From the sequence record MG748547: a stretch of DNA of 64,000 nt; one strand, given 5' to 3'. The translations under genes were made by a program, and so were the position numbers. Below are positions 9,775 through 19,665 of the stretch, piece after piece. The stretch comes from Escherichia phage EP75. The notes under the pieces were generated by a model. The model worked only from the letters and a program-made list of their open reading frames with translations, had not been told where the DNA came from and searched no databases. Position 1 is the first letter of the stretch. Every line of letters starts with the position of its first letter.

Positions 9775-10328
9775 TTGGTCAGCTCCTGTTCCAGCTGATT
9801 AACAAAGGAAGAAACATAATCTGGGTCTAGAACCTGAATATTCCGTTTGGCTTCGTTTTTGTTTATAGCATCATCATGATATGTAATACCTGTCAGACCA
9901 TAGTTGGCGATAATCGTGGAATCATCCATAGAACCAAGGCCATATGCTAAACGTATTGCTCTAGGATCTGTTTCATGACCGAATTCGTCAACATAGTATT
10001 TCACATCCCACATTCCGTCAAGGCCGTATCGAGCCGTCAGTTCTTCAATGATACGGCGCTCTGGTTTTGGCCAGTCCTCTGTGATGTCCATGATACCATT
10101 GATAAGACATGGGATCCAAAACAGCTCGAAGGAACCGTAGACGCGTTCGGCAAAAGACCTTGGGGTTTCCCCATCGAAAACAGTATACGGCAGGAGAAGC
10201 CCTTCTATGTCCCTAATTTTCTTAACAACCATAACCCGTCGTGTTAAGTTCTGCAACAGGACTTGGTCATCCTCTTTGACACCAATTAATTGATGCCACA
10301 CGAGTGGAAATTTCTCAAAATATTTCAT
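9771..10328 (-). CDS. putative baseplate-associated protein (185 aa)
   Basis: AAGGAG ribosome-binding site; position within baseplate operon only. Confidence 0.3.
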   Translation of the reverse strand: MKYFEKFPLVWHQLIGVKEDDQVLLQNLTRRVMVVKKIRDIEGLLLPYTVFDGETPRSFAERVYGSFELFWIPCLINGIMDITEDWPKPERRIIEELTARYGLDGMWDVKYYVDEFGHETDPRAIRLAYGLGSMDDSTIIANYGLTGITYHDDAINKNEAKRNIQVLDPDYVSSFVNQLEQELTK

Positions 10329-10340
10329 GGCATCTTCTCC

Positions 10341-11309
10341 TTAGAAGCTGTCGCCTTCGGTATCAAAGCGGCCTTTGTGCAACGGTTCTAGTTCTATAAA
10401 CGTCATGTCGATTTGTGTCGACACGATGCTGTCATCTTTGTGTACAGCATATGAAGAGTCAGGCGTCTCGTTGACAAACATATTTGATAGGACGCAAGTC
10501 GATATCCGATGCAACCATTTGTTGCGTTCTCCCTGGACCATGAACGTGATATCAAACGTGGATGGGTGAAGATAGAATGCGCTGGAATTCTTGTTGTATT
10601 TGTATTCTGGATACATGTGCATCTTGAATAAACGGATAATCTCCCGCACCATTTTCGCCTCTTTTTGCGATCTTGGAGTGAATTTGAATGTGAACGGGAT
10701 TTCTCGGTTGCGCACCCCTTGGAAAATCATCTCCACATACGGGTTGGTCATCGTACCTGTAAACAATTCTAATGTATCATGAGCATTAATTGTCGGCAAG
10801 AAAGGAATTGCTTCCGAAGCAGATTGGATGGCCTTTGTCGCCGCAAATCTCCCCATTTCTTTCCCAACATTCAAAGCATCCCCAAGTTTGAATTGACTCA
10901 TATCTTGGGCGGCGCGTGATAAAAATTGGGCACCCATACCTGCTAATCCCAACTCGGAGCCGTTCCAGCCAACGCCATAGTTGGTTGTAATGGATTCGGG
11001 CATACACAACACAATTGACTCGTTAGAGCGGACATGACGCGCCCAAGCATATTTGCTAATAGACCCCGATTTAGAACCATAAACCACAGGAGTCTTACCC
11101 AATGGATTTTGTATCGGATTTTCGACGGTTTGGGTTGTGGTGTCTCCATATGAAGAACCAGATATTCGGTTGATGTTGAATAGAACATAATGGCCGAGGG
11201 TTTTACCCCCTGTTATGTCTAATGGATAGACCAATTGCTTCTGAGACTTGGCCAAGCCTTTTGTGTTCAGAACTTTGATCTTATCGATGGTCGTCTTGAA
11301 ATTCGCCAT
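10341..11309 (-). CDS. putative baseplate / tail-tube-associated protein (gp48/gp54-like?)
   Basis: 322 aa, first gene of the minus-strand baseplate operon; CCTAAATAG late-like motif about 37 nt upstream. Confidence 0.3.
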   Translation of the reverse strand: MANFKTTIDKIKVLNTKGLAKSQKQLVYPLDITGGKTLGHYVLFNINRISGSSYGDTTTQTVENPIQNPLGKTPVVYGSKSGSISKYAWARHVRSNESIVLCMPESITTNYGVGWNGSELGLAGMGAQFLSRAAQDMSQFKLGDALNVGKEMGRFAATKAIQSASEAIPFLPTINAHDTLELFTGTMTNPYVEMIFQGVRNREIPFTFKFTPRSQKEAKMVREIIRLFKMHMYPEYKYNKNSSAFYLHPSTFDITFMVQGERNKWLHRISTCVLSNMFVNETPDSSYAVHKDDSIVSTQIDMTFIELEPLHKGRFDTEGDSF

Positions 11310-11345
11310 GGTCTGAAGCCCTTTAATTAGAATAGAGTGATGACA

Positions 11346-11354
11346 CTATTTAGG
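11346..11354 (-). promoter_or_regulatory. late-promoter-like motif CCTAAATAG
   Basis: Resembles T4 late promoter TATAAATA; upstream of baseplate operon start at 11309. Confidence 0.4.
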
Positions 11355-11362
11355 ACTAGAAT

Positions 11363-12103
11363 ATGGCTATGTATCTCGTATACCAAATTACCAATCTGAT
11401 AAACAATAAAATATATGTTGGGGTTCATAAAGGAACTCCAGATGATGGTTATATGGGTTCTGGCCGAGTTATAACAAGAGCGATATTGAAATATGGTGTT
11501 GAGAATTTTCGCAAAGATATATTGAAAGTTTGTAAAACATCAGAAGAAATGTATGAAGAAGAATTCAGGATAGTGAATCAAGAATTTATAGATAGAGATG
11601 ACACATATAATTTAACATGCGGTGGGCGTGGTTCATTTACGCACATAAATTCGGATCCATTAATCAGGGCCAACGCTTCGGAGAAGGCTCTCAAAACCCT
11701 AAGTTTAAAATCAAAAGACGAATTACAAAGAATTTACAAATCTAGGGGATTTCCTGGAGAAAGAAATTTTTGGTTTGGTAAAAACAGGTCCGGTGAAAAT
11801 AACTCAAGATTTGGCTATGTAATGGAACAAGAAACAAAGGACAAAATAAGAAATTCCAACAAGAAAAGAGTGGAATCCGGCCTCGTGGATTATTCTAATT
11901 GCAAAGGACCAATCACAAAAGAAGGGAAGAACGCAATATCCCAAGCGAACTCCAGAGAATTCAAATTTGTTAATCCAGAAGGAAATTTGGTCACAGTTAT
12001 CAACCTTTCCAAATTCTGTAAAGAAAATGAATTGAGCGAAGGATCTATGAGACATGTCCATAACGGCCGAAACATACAACATAAAGGTTGGAGGAAAGCA
12101 TAA
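11363..12103 (+). CDS. GIY-YIG homing endonuclease (Seg-like)
   Basis: N-terminal 'YLVYQITNL...KIYVGV' GIY-YIG motif; basic C-terminal DNA-binding region; sits between divergent structural genes. Confidence 0.75.
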   Translation: MAMYLVYQITNLINNKIYVGVHKGTPDDGYMGSGRVITRAILKYGVENFRKDILKVCKTSEEMYEEEFRIVNQEFIDRDDTYNLTCGGRGSFTHINSDPLIRANASEKALKTLSLKSKDELQRIYKSRGFPGERNFWFGKNRSGENNSRFGYVMEQETKDKIRNSNKKRVESGLVDYSNCKGPITKEGKNAISQANSREFKFVNPEGNLVTVINLSKFCKENELSEGSMRHVHNGRNIQHKGWRKA

Positions 12104-12723
12104 TGGCATCGTATTTACAAGGAAAATTTATTCCCAACAATCCTCAAAAATATGTCGGAGACGTAAAAGATATTGTGTTTCGATCCTCTTTAGAATTGGT
12201 TGCATTCAAATTCTGTGACATGAATCCTGCTATCGTGAAGTGGGGTTCGGAAACTTGTGTAATCCCTTACATATCTCCGGTTGATGGCCGCGCCCATCGT
12301 TATTTCATGGATTTGAAGGTTTGGACTCGTCGGCAGGATTCCGATGAATTACAAATTACTCTTATTGAAATAAAACCCAAAGACCAGATTAAAGAACCTC
12401 GCAAAACTAAAACGATGAAGGAATCAACATTCAATAATTCAATGCGCACTTGGTTGGTAAATCAGGCAAAGTGGACAGCAACTAAAGAACATTGTGCAAA
12501 GGTAGGTTGGAAATTCATTATCTGGACAGAAGAACATTTGGTGCCAGGTGAAGACCCAGAAGTTAAAAAACAATTTGCTCTTCGTTCTAAGAAAAAGCGC
12601 GAAGTCGAAATGGAAGATCGACGCCGCGCTCAAAGGATTAATGCGTTGAAAGAGCAAATGAAGAAGGAAACTGCTAATAAACAACCAACGCAATCGGAAG
12701 ATGATGGTTTGTTATTACCCTGA
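12103..12723 (+). CDS. head completion protein (T4 gp4-like)
   Basis: ATG at 12103 with GGAGGAAAG ribosome-binding site; 'YVGDVKDIVFRSSLE...VIPYISPVDG' resembles gp4 as recalled. Confidence 0.65.
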   Translation: MASYLQGKFIPNNPQKYVGDVKDIVFRSSLELVAFKFCDMNPAIVKWGSETCVIPYISPVDGRAHRYFMDLKVWTRRQDSDELQITLIEIKPKDQIKEPRKTKTMKESTFNNSMRTWLVNQAKWTATKEHCAKVGWKFIIWTEEHLVPGEDPEVKKQFALRSKKKREVEMEDRRRAQRINALKEQMKKETANKQPTQSEDDGLLLP

Positions 12724-12933
12724 TTTCCTTGGATGTCCAGGGGCAAAGCAAGTTTGTTTGTCCCTGCATATCATCCATCCATCAGCACGGGCTTGTCTAG
12801 CACAGTCTCCCCAAGATTCACCAGCATAAGACTTCATCCCACATCTGGGGTGATGTTCTTGCCAAGCCCAATTACAAGATTTGCATTCAACACACTCACA
12901 ATACAAATCGACGGTGTATCCTGCAGTAATCAT
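12715..12933 (-). CDS. small Cys-rich protein (72 aa)
   Basis: Nine cysteines; co-oriented with neighbouring minus-strand genes. Confidence 0.35.
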   Translation of the reverse strand: MITAGYTVDLYCECVECKSCNWAWQEHHPRCGMKSYAGESWGDCARQARADGWMICRDKQTCFAPGHPRKSG

Positions 12934-13341
12934 TTAGTCACCCAGATGATCATAAATTTTTTGACGGAATTCGTTCCCTTTAGCACAACCTGTAGCCAAC
13001 AGGCGAGTACCGCCCGTACCAATAACACTGATGGTCGAAAACTTCAGGATACGGCCTGTAATAGACTGGTCCACCTTAATGGTTTCTACTTTACCAAGAC
13101 GGAGTTCATCAGCATCACGACGAATAAATCCCCGTTTGACAATAACACGCTTGTTGGTGACTGCGAATTCAGTTGTCAATACATTTAAAATTGTTGGTAT
13201 CAGAAATAACAAGCTGAATCCAAATGTTGGGATAATCGTTAAAATAACCAGAACATAAATCCAAAAACCGCTCCACCAAGTCGGGCGGGTGAAAGCGATG
13301 ACATGTTCATTTTCGCCGAGCATGCGGTCTACATAACGCAT
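12934..13341 (-). CDS. membrane protein (135 aa)
   Basis: Two predicted transmembrane helices then a soluble domain. Confidence 0.5.
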   Translation of the reverse strand: MRYVDRMLGENEHVIAFTRPTWWSGFWIYVLVILTIIPTFGFSLLFLIPTILNVLTTEFAVTNKRVIVKRGFIRRDADELRLGKVETIKVDQSITGRILKFSTISVIGTGGTRLLATGCAKGNEFRQKIYDHLGD

Positions 13342-13342
13342 T

Positions 13343-13864
13343 TTAATTCCTTACTTTGTCTGGGTTGGATAAGATTTGTTCGTATCCGACTTCGCCTTGA
13401 TCGTCGAAAACATGCTGAAGAATCGCCATATCGTCTACCATCCGATAAACTTCAATTCCAGCGTTCATCAATTTTTTGATTCCATCCATGATACGATATG
13501 GCTCTTGATAATATACTTTATCGATCTTGCCGTTGTCGATGATCTTCTGAGTGCAATCAGGGCATGGGCTATGTGTCACAAACATAACCAACCCTGTGAA
13601 ATCATCTGCATTTTCGGGGATACGCATTAGAGCATTTTCCTCCGCATGAATGACACACGGGTTTGTAACAATTTGCCCGTGTTGTTCCATCTCACAAACA
13701 TTCGGCATGCCAGGAGGCGTTCCGTTCCATCCGATAGCCACAGGCTGATCAGTTTCAGGGTTTACGATAACACAACCGACTTGCAGACGCCGAGCATAAC
13801 TGGTTACACCATATGCTGCAGCTGATCGCATATGGGCGAACATCATTCGTGGTTTGATAGCCAT
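13343..13864 (-). CDS. dCMP deaminase (zinc-dependent)
   Basis: 'HAEENAL' and 'SPCPDC' (H-A-E / PCxxC) deaminase zinc motifs. Confidence 0.8.
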   Translation of the reverse strand: MAIKPRMMFAHMRSAAAYGVTSYARRLQVGCVIVNPETDQPVAIGWNGTPPGMPNVCEMEQHGQIVTNPCVIHAEENALMRIPENADDFTGLVMFVTHSPCPDCTQKIIDNGKIDKVYYQEPYRIMDGIKKLMNAGIEVYRMVDDMAILQHVFDDQGEVGYEQILSNPDKVRN

Positions 13865-14181
13865 TATTTTACCAGAGCCTTTTCAAGTAAAAAGATCATG
13901 TCATCCTGGTCGGCGCGGCCAAAGATCTGACCGAGGGACACCATGGAATGAACCTCTTTGACAATCAGGTCTTTGCCTGTTACACCGCTGTTGTCCAATT
14001 CGAGAATTGTAGACATGCGCTCAACCATATGAGGTGGATGATTGATATAACGTTGAAGATACTTTTCACGCAACGCAATTTTTTCGATAAGATCTGACAT
14101 TTCTGCATTCTCTTCTGAATACAGACGTTCTTTAGATTTCAGTTCTTCGAGGCGTTCGTACATTTCTTTTAATGAAATCAT
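13864..14181 (-). CDS. hypothetical protein (about 106 aa)
   Basis: Start re-assigned to ATG 14181 (GGGAGAGA ribosome-binding site) because a terminator hairpin lies inside the longer track ORF. Confidence 0.45.
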   Translation of the reverse strand: MISLKEMYERLEELKSKERLYSEENAEMSDLIEKIALREKYLQRYINHPPHMVERMSTILELDNSGVTGKDLIVKEVHSMVSLGQIFGRADQDDMIFLLEKALVK

Positions 14182-14204
14182 GTTTGTCTCTCCCAATAAA
14201 TTAA

Positions 14205-14223
14205 GGGGAAGTATACCTTCCCC
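14205..14223 (-). terminator. intrinsic terminator hairpin
   Basis: GGGGAAG-GTATAC-CTTCCCC stem-loop followed by T-rich run on minus strand. Confidence 0.6.
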
Positions 14224-14244
14224 TTTCTTCAATAACCTAAAATA

Positions 14245-14595
14245 TTATTCAGTACATGCTTTACCGAGGTCTGTAAGCCTATAGAATGTTACTTCAGACT
14301 TCGGCCAATGCTTATACTCTTCAGAGTTGTCATGAACCATTGTAAACGCAGGTTCTATCAGACCTTTAGACAACAAGGATTGACCTGAACGCGTATCCCA
14401 TGGATCACCCTTTACAGAACGAAACCCGCCAGATATCGGTGGCGCATGAAAAGTCCAAACCGTTTTCCCTTTATCGTTCGTCCAAGATTTGGGATTGAAA
14501 TACCAATGACAAAGGCGTCTGGCTTCACCTTTTTCAAAATTCAACATTCCTAAAAGGACGCAGAGTTGATGTCCTGTGATTCTTGGCTTTTTCAT
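14245..14595 (-). CDS. hypothetical protein (116 aa)
   Basis: ORF co-oriented in operon. Confidence 0.5.
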   Translation of the reverse strand: MKKPRITGHQLCVLLGMLNFEKGEARRLCHWYFNPKSWTNDKGKTVWTFHAPPISGGFRSVKGDPWDTRSGQSLLSKGLIEPAFTMVHDNSEEYKHWPKSEVTFYRLTDLGKACTE

Positions 14596-14963
14596 AATAT
14601 ATCTCTCTTCTTCAACATGCGTTCCACCTCTGGCCAGTTCACGCAGGGGCGATTGGAAACTTCATCCCATACCAGAGGGCAGCCAAGAGCGGCGTCGTCG
14701 ATGTAAACCTGGGCATATGCCTTTGGAGACTCCGTCCAAGTCTTCTGTGATGGGTTTGTATTAACTCCATACAGAGGGATGCCACGGACATGGAACCAGG
14801 TTTTCGCTTGCTCCAATTCCGCACCAGAACGCATCGTGAACAAAATCAGCTGATGCCCTTTGGCAACGAGCCTCTTCAGGCAGGCATCAGCACCGATGTC
14901 CCGCCCGACCTTTGGGTATTCGTGGGTCACACAAGTCCCGTCAAAATCCACTGCAATGATCAT
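14592..14963 (-). CDS. HAD-superfamily hydrolase-like protein
   Basis: N-terminal 'IAVDFDGTC' matches HAD motif I (DxDGT); 'YIDDA' near C-terminus. Confidence 0.5.
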   Translation of the reverse strand: MIIAVDFDGTCVTHEYPKVGRDIGADACLKRLVAKGHQLILFTMRSGAELEQAKTWFHVRGIPLYGVNTNPSQKTWTESPKAYAQVYIDDAALGCPLVWDEVSNRPCVNWPEVERMLKKRDIL

Positions 14964-15292
14964 AAGATCCCCAAGTCAGTAAGGTAACGATAAAACAAGA
15001 TTATAGACAGAAATCCAATTAACACCCAAGACGACAGGATGGGCTTGCAATTTAGCGTAGTCTTTCCATTGGGTATGTTGGGACTTCCAGTAATAACAAC
15101 CGAATCCGTTTTAGCTCTCAGCGTCATGACAGAACCCATGAGGATGATTGGGCGCACATAATGCCCTTCATGATTGCGCTTCACGATACATGGTGAAGAA
15201 AATCGCAGGAACGGATCACCGCTTTTATAACCAAATAACTCGACCTTTTGTATTTCTTCGGGTACTTTCTGACCAGGAAAGAATATTTTCAT
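14960..15292 (-). CDS. hypothetical protein (110 aa)
   Basis: Start/stop overlaps with neighbours. Confidence 0.45.
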   Translation of the reverse strand: MKIFFPGQKVPEEIQKVELFGYKSGDPFLRFSSPCIVKRNHEGHYVRPIILMGSVMTLRAKTDSVVITGSPNIPNGKTTLNCKPILSSWVLIGFLSIILFYRYLTDLGIL

Positions 15293-15849
15293 AGCACAAT
15301 TCCTAAATTTGTGTATAACAACTCAGCCAGGGTTACAGGACGCTTGAATTGTTCCCAACTGCAGTTCAGGTATTCGCGCTCTTCGCGAATATTTTCGTGA
15401 AGATGACCATGGATATTATACGCCCAACGGTCTAATTGATAAGGAACATGTGTTGTCAACACACGGCCAACAGGCGTGTCACGTTCATACATAGCGCCGA
15501 AGGAGCTAATCCAGCCGTCCAGATACAGAGACAACAACATCTTAAAGCTGTCATGGTTGCCTTGTGCCACCCTGATGATAAAGTTCGGACGCCAGTCATC
15601 GGGAACGGGGCGGCGTTTGAACTCATCAATGTTTCGCTTGGCACCCTCTCGCATCAGGCGAATGAACCCTTCAGCCCCGATGAAGCATATATCACCAGCC
15701 AGTTCAAGAACGTCCCGAGACTTCAACCCCTGAAAGATACTGTCAATGACCGCAGCGTCATGGGCTTCCTGTGTATCAAATCCACGCGGTTTAAAGACCT
15801 TCTTATGCCCAAGATGAGTGTCACCAAGGTGCTTTACAATTCCCGCCAT
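15289..15849 (-). CDS. metallophosphoesterase (calcineurin-like)
   Basis: 'GDTHLG', 'GNHD', 'GHLH' motifs; start re-assigned to ATG 15849 (GAGGAAA ribosome-binding site, TAATG overlap). Confidence 0.65.
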   Translation of the reverse strand: MAGIVKHLGDTHLGHKKVFKPRGFDTQEAHDAAVIDSIFQGLKSRDVLELAGDICFIGAEGFIRLMREGAKRNIDEFKRRPVPDDWRPNFIIRVAQGNHDSFKMLLSLYLDGWISSFGAMYERDTPVGRVLTTHVPYQLDRWAYNIHGHLHENIREEREYLNCSWEQFKRPVTLAELLYTNLGIVL

Positions 15850-16190
15850 TATGGTTTCCTCAGCCATTCTAAAATCGGCACTTTCACAAACCCTTTATGC
15901 CAACGATGCGGTTTGTGACCTCTATTATATTCGAGCAAACACGTGTCTGGTGGGACACTGAAGTGGATGCCTTCGATGTCGTAGTAATGTCCGTCAATCA
16001 GAGTATACACATGACCTTCGATCTGGCTGTAATGGATCTCTGCTTGAGGATACACATGCTTCAGAACCAGAGCAACCTGATAGCACTTTCCGTTCTTCCC
16101 AACATACTCAACATCCACCTGTTGTGGGAAGACGTCTTTGATAAGATTTATCAATCTCGTGATGTCATTTACAACAACTGAACGTTTCAT
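15849..16190 (-). CDS. hypothetical protein (113 aa)
   Basis: ORF in operon. Confidence 0.45.
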   Translation of the reverse strand: MKRSVVVNDITRLINLIKDVFPQQVDVEYVGKNGKCYQVALVLKHVYPQAEIHYSQIEGHVYTLIDGHYYDIEGIHFSVPPDTCLLEYNRGHKPHRWHKGFVKVPILEWLRKP

Positions 16191-16192
16191 CT

Positions 16193-16855
16193 CTATGATA
16201 ACTCATGGCGATGTCGAACACACGCAGGACAATCACAATTCTTTTTCAAAATTGGCAATTCACACCATGTCATTAAGTCATGTATTGGGGACATGTGATG
16301 ATAGAACCAAGATTTCTTGAGACTAATCAATGGATATAAAATTTCAATAGATCTTTCCCCGTCTCTGGTCATCATGTTGTATCCTTCAATAACTTTATTA
16401 AAGGCGGGTATCCAGTGTATTGCGTCATCGCCGTTAACATATGCCAAGATATACGTGGAAGGCAAGCCACTGCCTTTAAATTGCGTGTTTAATAACCATA
16501 TCGGGGCTTGTGCTAAACAAGCGCGAAAACCACCGTTCGGGACGTTGATGCTACTGATAGGTTCTTGATGATGTGTCCAACGATACATGAGAAGTGGGGC
16601 ATTTTTATTAATCCAGTTGTATATTTTATTCCTCGCCCAATTTTCGCGTTTAGATTTAAATTTATTATTTTCGAGGTGGCAATACACAGTATGAACTGAA
16701 TATCCTTTCGATAGCAACCAAATCAACATGTATGTGCTATCCACCCCACCAGACCAGAACAACGTCACTTCTTGATTATTCTGCGGCAATGGAGCATCCC
16801 CTTGAAGAACACGGTATACAAAATCACAATCAGATATTGAGACAACAATTTCCAT
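16193..16855 (-). CDS. QueC-like PP-loop ATP pyrophosphatase
   Basis: 'LFWSGGVDSTY' PP-loop and C-terminal 'CDCPACVRHR' zinc motif as in QueC. Confidence 0.55.
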   Translation of the reverse strand: MEIVVSISDCDFVYRVLQGDAPLPQNNQEVTLFWSGGVDSTYMLIWLLSKGYSVHTVYCHLENNKFKSKRENWARNKIYNWINKNAPLLMYRWTHHQEPISSINVPNGGFRACLAQAPIWLLNTQFKGSGLPSTYILAYVNGDDAIHWIPAFNKVIEGYNMMTRDGERSIEILYPLISLKKSWFYHHMSPIHDLMTWCELPILKKNCDCPACVRHRHELS

Positions 16856-17151
16856 TAAAATATTCCTCTTAAAGAATCATTTATCCTGCGCAATTCGTTT
16901 TCCACTTTTATCTTCATATTTTTATCGTCGTTCACGAAAATCATTTTATCTAAATCTTCGCCATTAATCTTTGTATAAAAATAAATGTCATGCTCAAAGA
17001 AAATCGTTTTTCCAACAGAACGCATGGCAAAGAACGTTGCAATAGTTCTTGGTAAAGGTTTGAATTTAATGGCATTGAAACGCAAAGCCTGATAGAGAGG
17101 TTTTAATGTTCCTAAGCGAATACAATGCTGGATAATTTCTTGCTCTTTCAT
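16855..17151 (-). CDS. hypothetical protein (98 aa)
   Basis: ORF in operon. Confidence 0.45.
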   Translation of the reverse strand: MKEQEIIQHCIRLGTLKPLYQALRFNAIKFKPLPRTIATFFAMRSVGKTIFFEHDIYFYTKINGEDLDKMIFVNDDKNMKIKVENELRRINDSLRGIF

Positions 17152-17206
17152 TTGTTGTGCGCCATAAAGATATGATGGTACAATGATAATACATTATACA
17201 AATAGA

Positions 17207-17226
17207 AAAGCCCCTTTCGGGGCTTA
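17207..17226 (-). terminator. intrinsic terminator (possibly bidirectional)
   Basis: AGCCCC-TTTC-GGGGCT hairpin flanked by T/A runs on both strands; overlaps the 17224 stop. Confidence 0.6.
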
Positions 17227-17514
17227 TTTGTCTTCAGATTCGTATAAACGCCAATTGCCGATGCTAAACCACTCCCCCACATTATTTGAATATCTGGTTG
17301 TTCGGACTCCTCCGACTTCATACGCCCATTTGAAGAATTTCCATTTGGACGATAAAGAAGGACATTCGCTTCCGGATTTCAAAGAACACGCTGTGAGCCA
17401 ACGCGTAATACTGAGAGCCTGAAAAATCGGATGGATAAATGAAGAATACAATATCCAAAGCGTTATGGCAACAAAAACAATGGTCGTGATCACCCCGACA
17501 ATTTGAAAGAACAT
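17224..17514 (-). CDS. small membrane protein (96 aa)
   Basis: N-terminal hydrophobic helix. Confidence 0.45.
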   Translation of the reverse strand: MFFQIVGVITTIVFVAITLWILYSSFIHPIFQALSITRWLTACSLKSGSECPSLSSKWKFFKWAYEVGGVRTTRYSNNVGEWFSIGNWRLYESEDK

Positions 17515-17590
17515 TTAAGAACCTCCAAAATATTGAACACAGACTATGAAGAAAACTATGATTGTAAACAACCATGAAACAAGGAAAGAT

Positions 17591-18223
17591 TCATCCTTCC
17601 ACCTTCAGCCCCATCAGGTCTTCCATGGTTTTCTGAATGCGTAGCCAGTCAAGCGCCGCATCATAACGAGGGTCATGATAGATCATACCTTCCAGTTCCC
17701 ACGCCTTGATACCAGCATATCGATCCTGCTGCCCAATACCCTTCAGCCAGCTTACGATGTCAAATGTGTGGTGATAGTCCCAAGGTTCGTTGGAATCTTG
17801 CTTACACGTCACCTCAATGATGTGCTGAGCCTTGCGTAGGTCAAACAGATTCCTATCACACCAGTCAACCGATCGCGGGTCGATCCCAAGGCGATGGCAT
17901 CCCTTGCGAATTTCATCGGCCAATTTGAAAATAGAAATATCCTTGTCGGTCGGATATAGACTGATAGCTCGGGCGGCGTCGCACGGGTTGCGTTTACCTG
18001 TACCCAGCCACCATTCCACAGTGCCCTGGTCTTTCACACGGCCAAGTTCAATCTGTTCTTTGACATCCAGTTTGATAAATGTCGTGCGCTCTACAACAAG
18101 CTGCTGAAGAGTATAACGCTTGGTCAGGTCGGCGATAGTCTGTGCCCAAGACAACATGACAGCATCATCCCAACGACCGAGAGTTTCGCTATCAGCGACG
18201 GCCAAGAAATTAGATTTATACAT
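17591..18223 (-). CDS. DEDDh 3'-5' exonuclease (T4 DexA-like), putative
   Basis: 'FLAVADSETLG' (exo motif I) and 'YHDPRYDAAL' (motif III H/D). Confidence 0.55.
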   Translation of the reverse strand: MYKSNFLAVADSETLGRWDDAVMLSWAQTIADLTKRYTLQQLVVERTTFIKLDVKEQIELGRVKDQGTVEWWLGTGKRNPCDAARAISLYPTDKDISIFKLADEIRKGCHRLGIDPRSVDWCDRNLFDLRKAQHIIEVTCKQDSNEPWDYHHTFDIVSWLKGIGQQDRYAGIKAWELEGMIYHDPRYDAALDWLRIQKTMEDLMGLKVEG

Positions 18224-18560
18224 CAGTTTCCCCTGCTTTCTCTAAAAGGAGTTTCAAAGGATATGTCCCACAAGCGGTGGCATACTCGACTTTGAAATAT
18301 GAATTATCGTTCATGGCGAAATTGCGATGTGGGAAATATTCCCCGTCATCCAACCCGCCTAATCCCCCGCCGACGCGATATTGTTTTAACTCGACTTCGC
18401 CGCCATAACGGAGTTGGGCATATAGGCCGATAGGAGCGCGAACGTAATGCTCCAGCCATACCCAATTTCCATCGTGTAAACGTGTAGGGATAAATGCAAA
18501 ACGCACCTTGGGATGAAGAACGGCTTTGGCGAGCATCTCTTCTGTTATTTCACGCTTCAT
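18216..18560 (-). CDS. hypothetical protein (114 aa)
   Basis: ORF in operon. Confidence 0.45.
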   Translation of the reverse strand: MKREITEEMLAKAVLHPKVRFAFIPTRLHDGNWVWLEHYVRAPIGLYAQLRYGGEVELKQYRVGGGLGGLDDGEYFPHRNFAMNDNSYFKVEYATACGTYPLKLLLEKAGETDV

Positions 18561-19177
18561 CCAATACCTTCCTCTTCGATGATATCTTCTTCACTAGCGA
18601 CGACAGAGATTCCGTAGTCTACCATCTGGGAAAGTTCTTGTAAATCTTGTTCAAACCCGTCACCCTGTCGGATATAAAAGACGGGTACGACACGACGCCT
18701 GGTATCTTCGAAGATAGTCTCCGCGATTTTATTAATCTGACTCACCACGTGAAACAGTTTTAATCCACCGATGCCACAGCCGATGGCGGGTAAACCAACA
18801 TAGACTGTTTCGTCAGTTTTTGCCTCAATGATATCGTGAACTTGTTCAAACATAATCTGAACTGAACTGATAATGGAAGGCATGCGTGCGTTAGGACCAG
18901 GGTAGAACTGAGTATACAAATTGAATCCCCAGACACCAGTGTCATGATCAAACGCATAGGACATGTTCCCCAAACGTTGTTCCGGACCACGTTCATCTAA
19001 TTGGTCGGCTCGGTAAATTTCTGGGAAATCTAATCGAACATGGTTGGCGATACCTGCGCCCATCACAGACCAACAATTTGCTCCATGAGCGAAAGCATTG
19101 ATGAGATTAAAACTCGTAGCGGCTTTCAGTAAATCGCCGTTTGTGATAACATATGTGGTCATGCGTAACGTCTCCAT
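18557..19177 (-). CDS. macro domain protein (ADP-ribose binding/hydrolase), putative
   Basis: 'VITNGDLL...INAFAHGAN..MGAGIA' and 'GLPAIGCGIGGL' resemble macro domain signature motifs. Confidence 0.55.
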   Translation of the reverse strand: METLRMTTYVITNGDLLKAATSFNLINAFAHGANCWSVMGAGIANHVRLDFPEIYRADQLDERGPEQRLGNMSYAFDHDTGVWGFNLYTQFYPGPNARMPSIISSVQIMFEQVHDIIEAKTDETVYVGLPAIGCGIGGLKLFHVVSQINKIAETIFEDTRRRVVPVFYIRQGDGFEQDLQELSQMVDYGISVVASEEDIIEEEGIG

Positions 19178-19395
19178 TGTATAATTTCGTTGTTGACACA
19201 GCTAACCTGGATGATACACATATTCTGGCGATGGTCAGTGAGTGTCATAATAAAACTGTCTGTCTGTGCCATAACACAATTGACAGATATTCCTCGCATT
19301 ATCAAACGAACACAGATTTCTTGATATAATCGTTTCATGTATCCTGAAACTGAAGCGGACTCATACACGCGTTCAAATTCATATAACTCGTTCAT
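19159..19395 (-). CDS. hypothetical protein (78 aa)
   Basis: ORF in operon. Confidence 0.4.
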   Translation of the reverse strand: MNELYEFERVYESASVSGYMKRLYQEICVRLIMRGISVNCVMAQTDSFIMTLTDHRQNMCIIQVSCVNNEIIQWRRYA

Positions 19396-19616
19396 TTATT
19401 CAGACCATCAATAGCGTGTTCAGAAATATATTCAACGAATTGGTTATCAGCTGCCATCTTTAAAAGTTCAAATAATTCCGTTCCAACGGTACTCCCAAAC
19501 ATCCCTTCCAATACACCCTGAACATCTTCATCTATTTCTTCGATGACGAGTCCATACGATTTCAGGCGGCGTGAAATAGCACGGAACTGGGCAATATCAC
19601 CAATTTCATTTGCCAT
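19392..19616 (-). CDS. hypothetical acidic protein (74 aa)
   Basis: ORF in operon. Confidence 0.4.
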   Translation of the reverse strand: MANEIGDIAQFRAISRRLKSYGLVIEEIDEDVQGVLEGMFGSTVGTELFELLKMAADNQFVEYISEHAIDGLNK

Positions 19617-19665
19617 GTTATTTGTCTCATTATGGGGTTAGGCGGCAATTATACCGCCAATTTAT

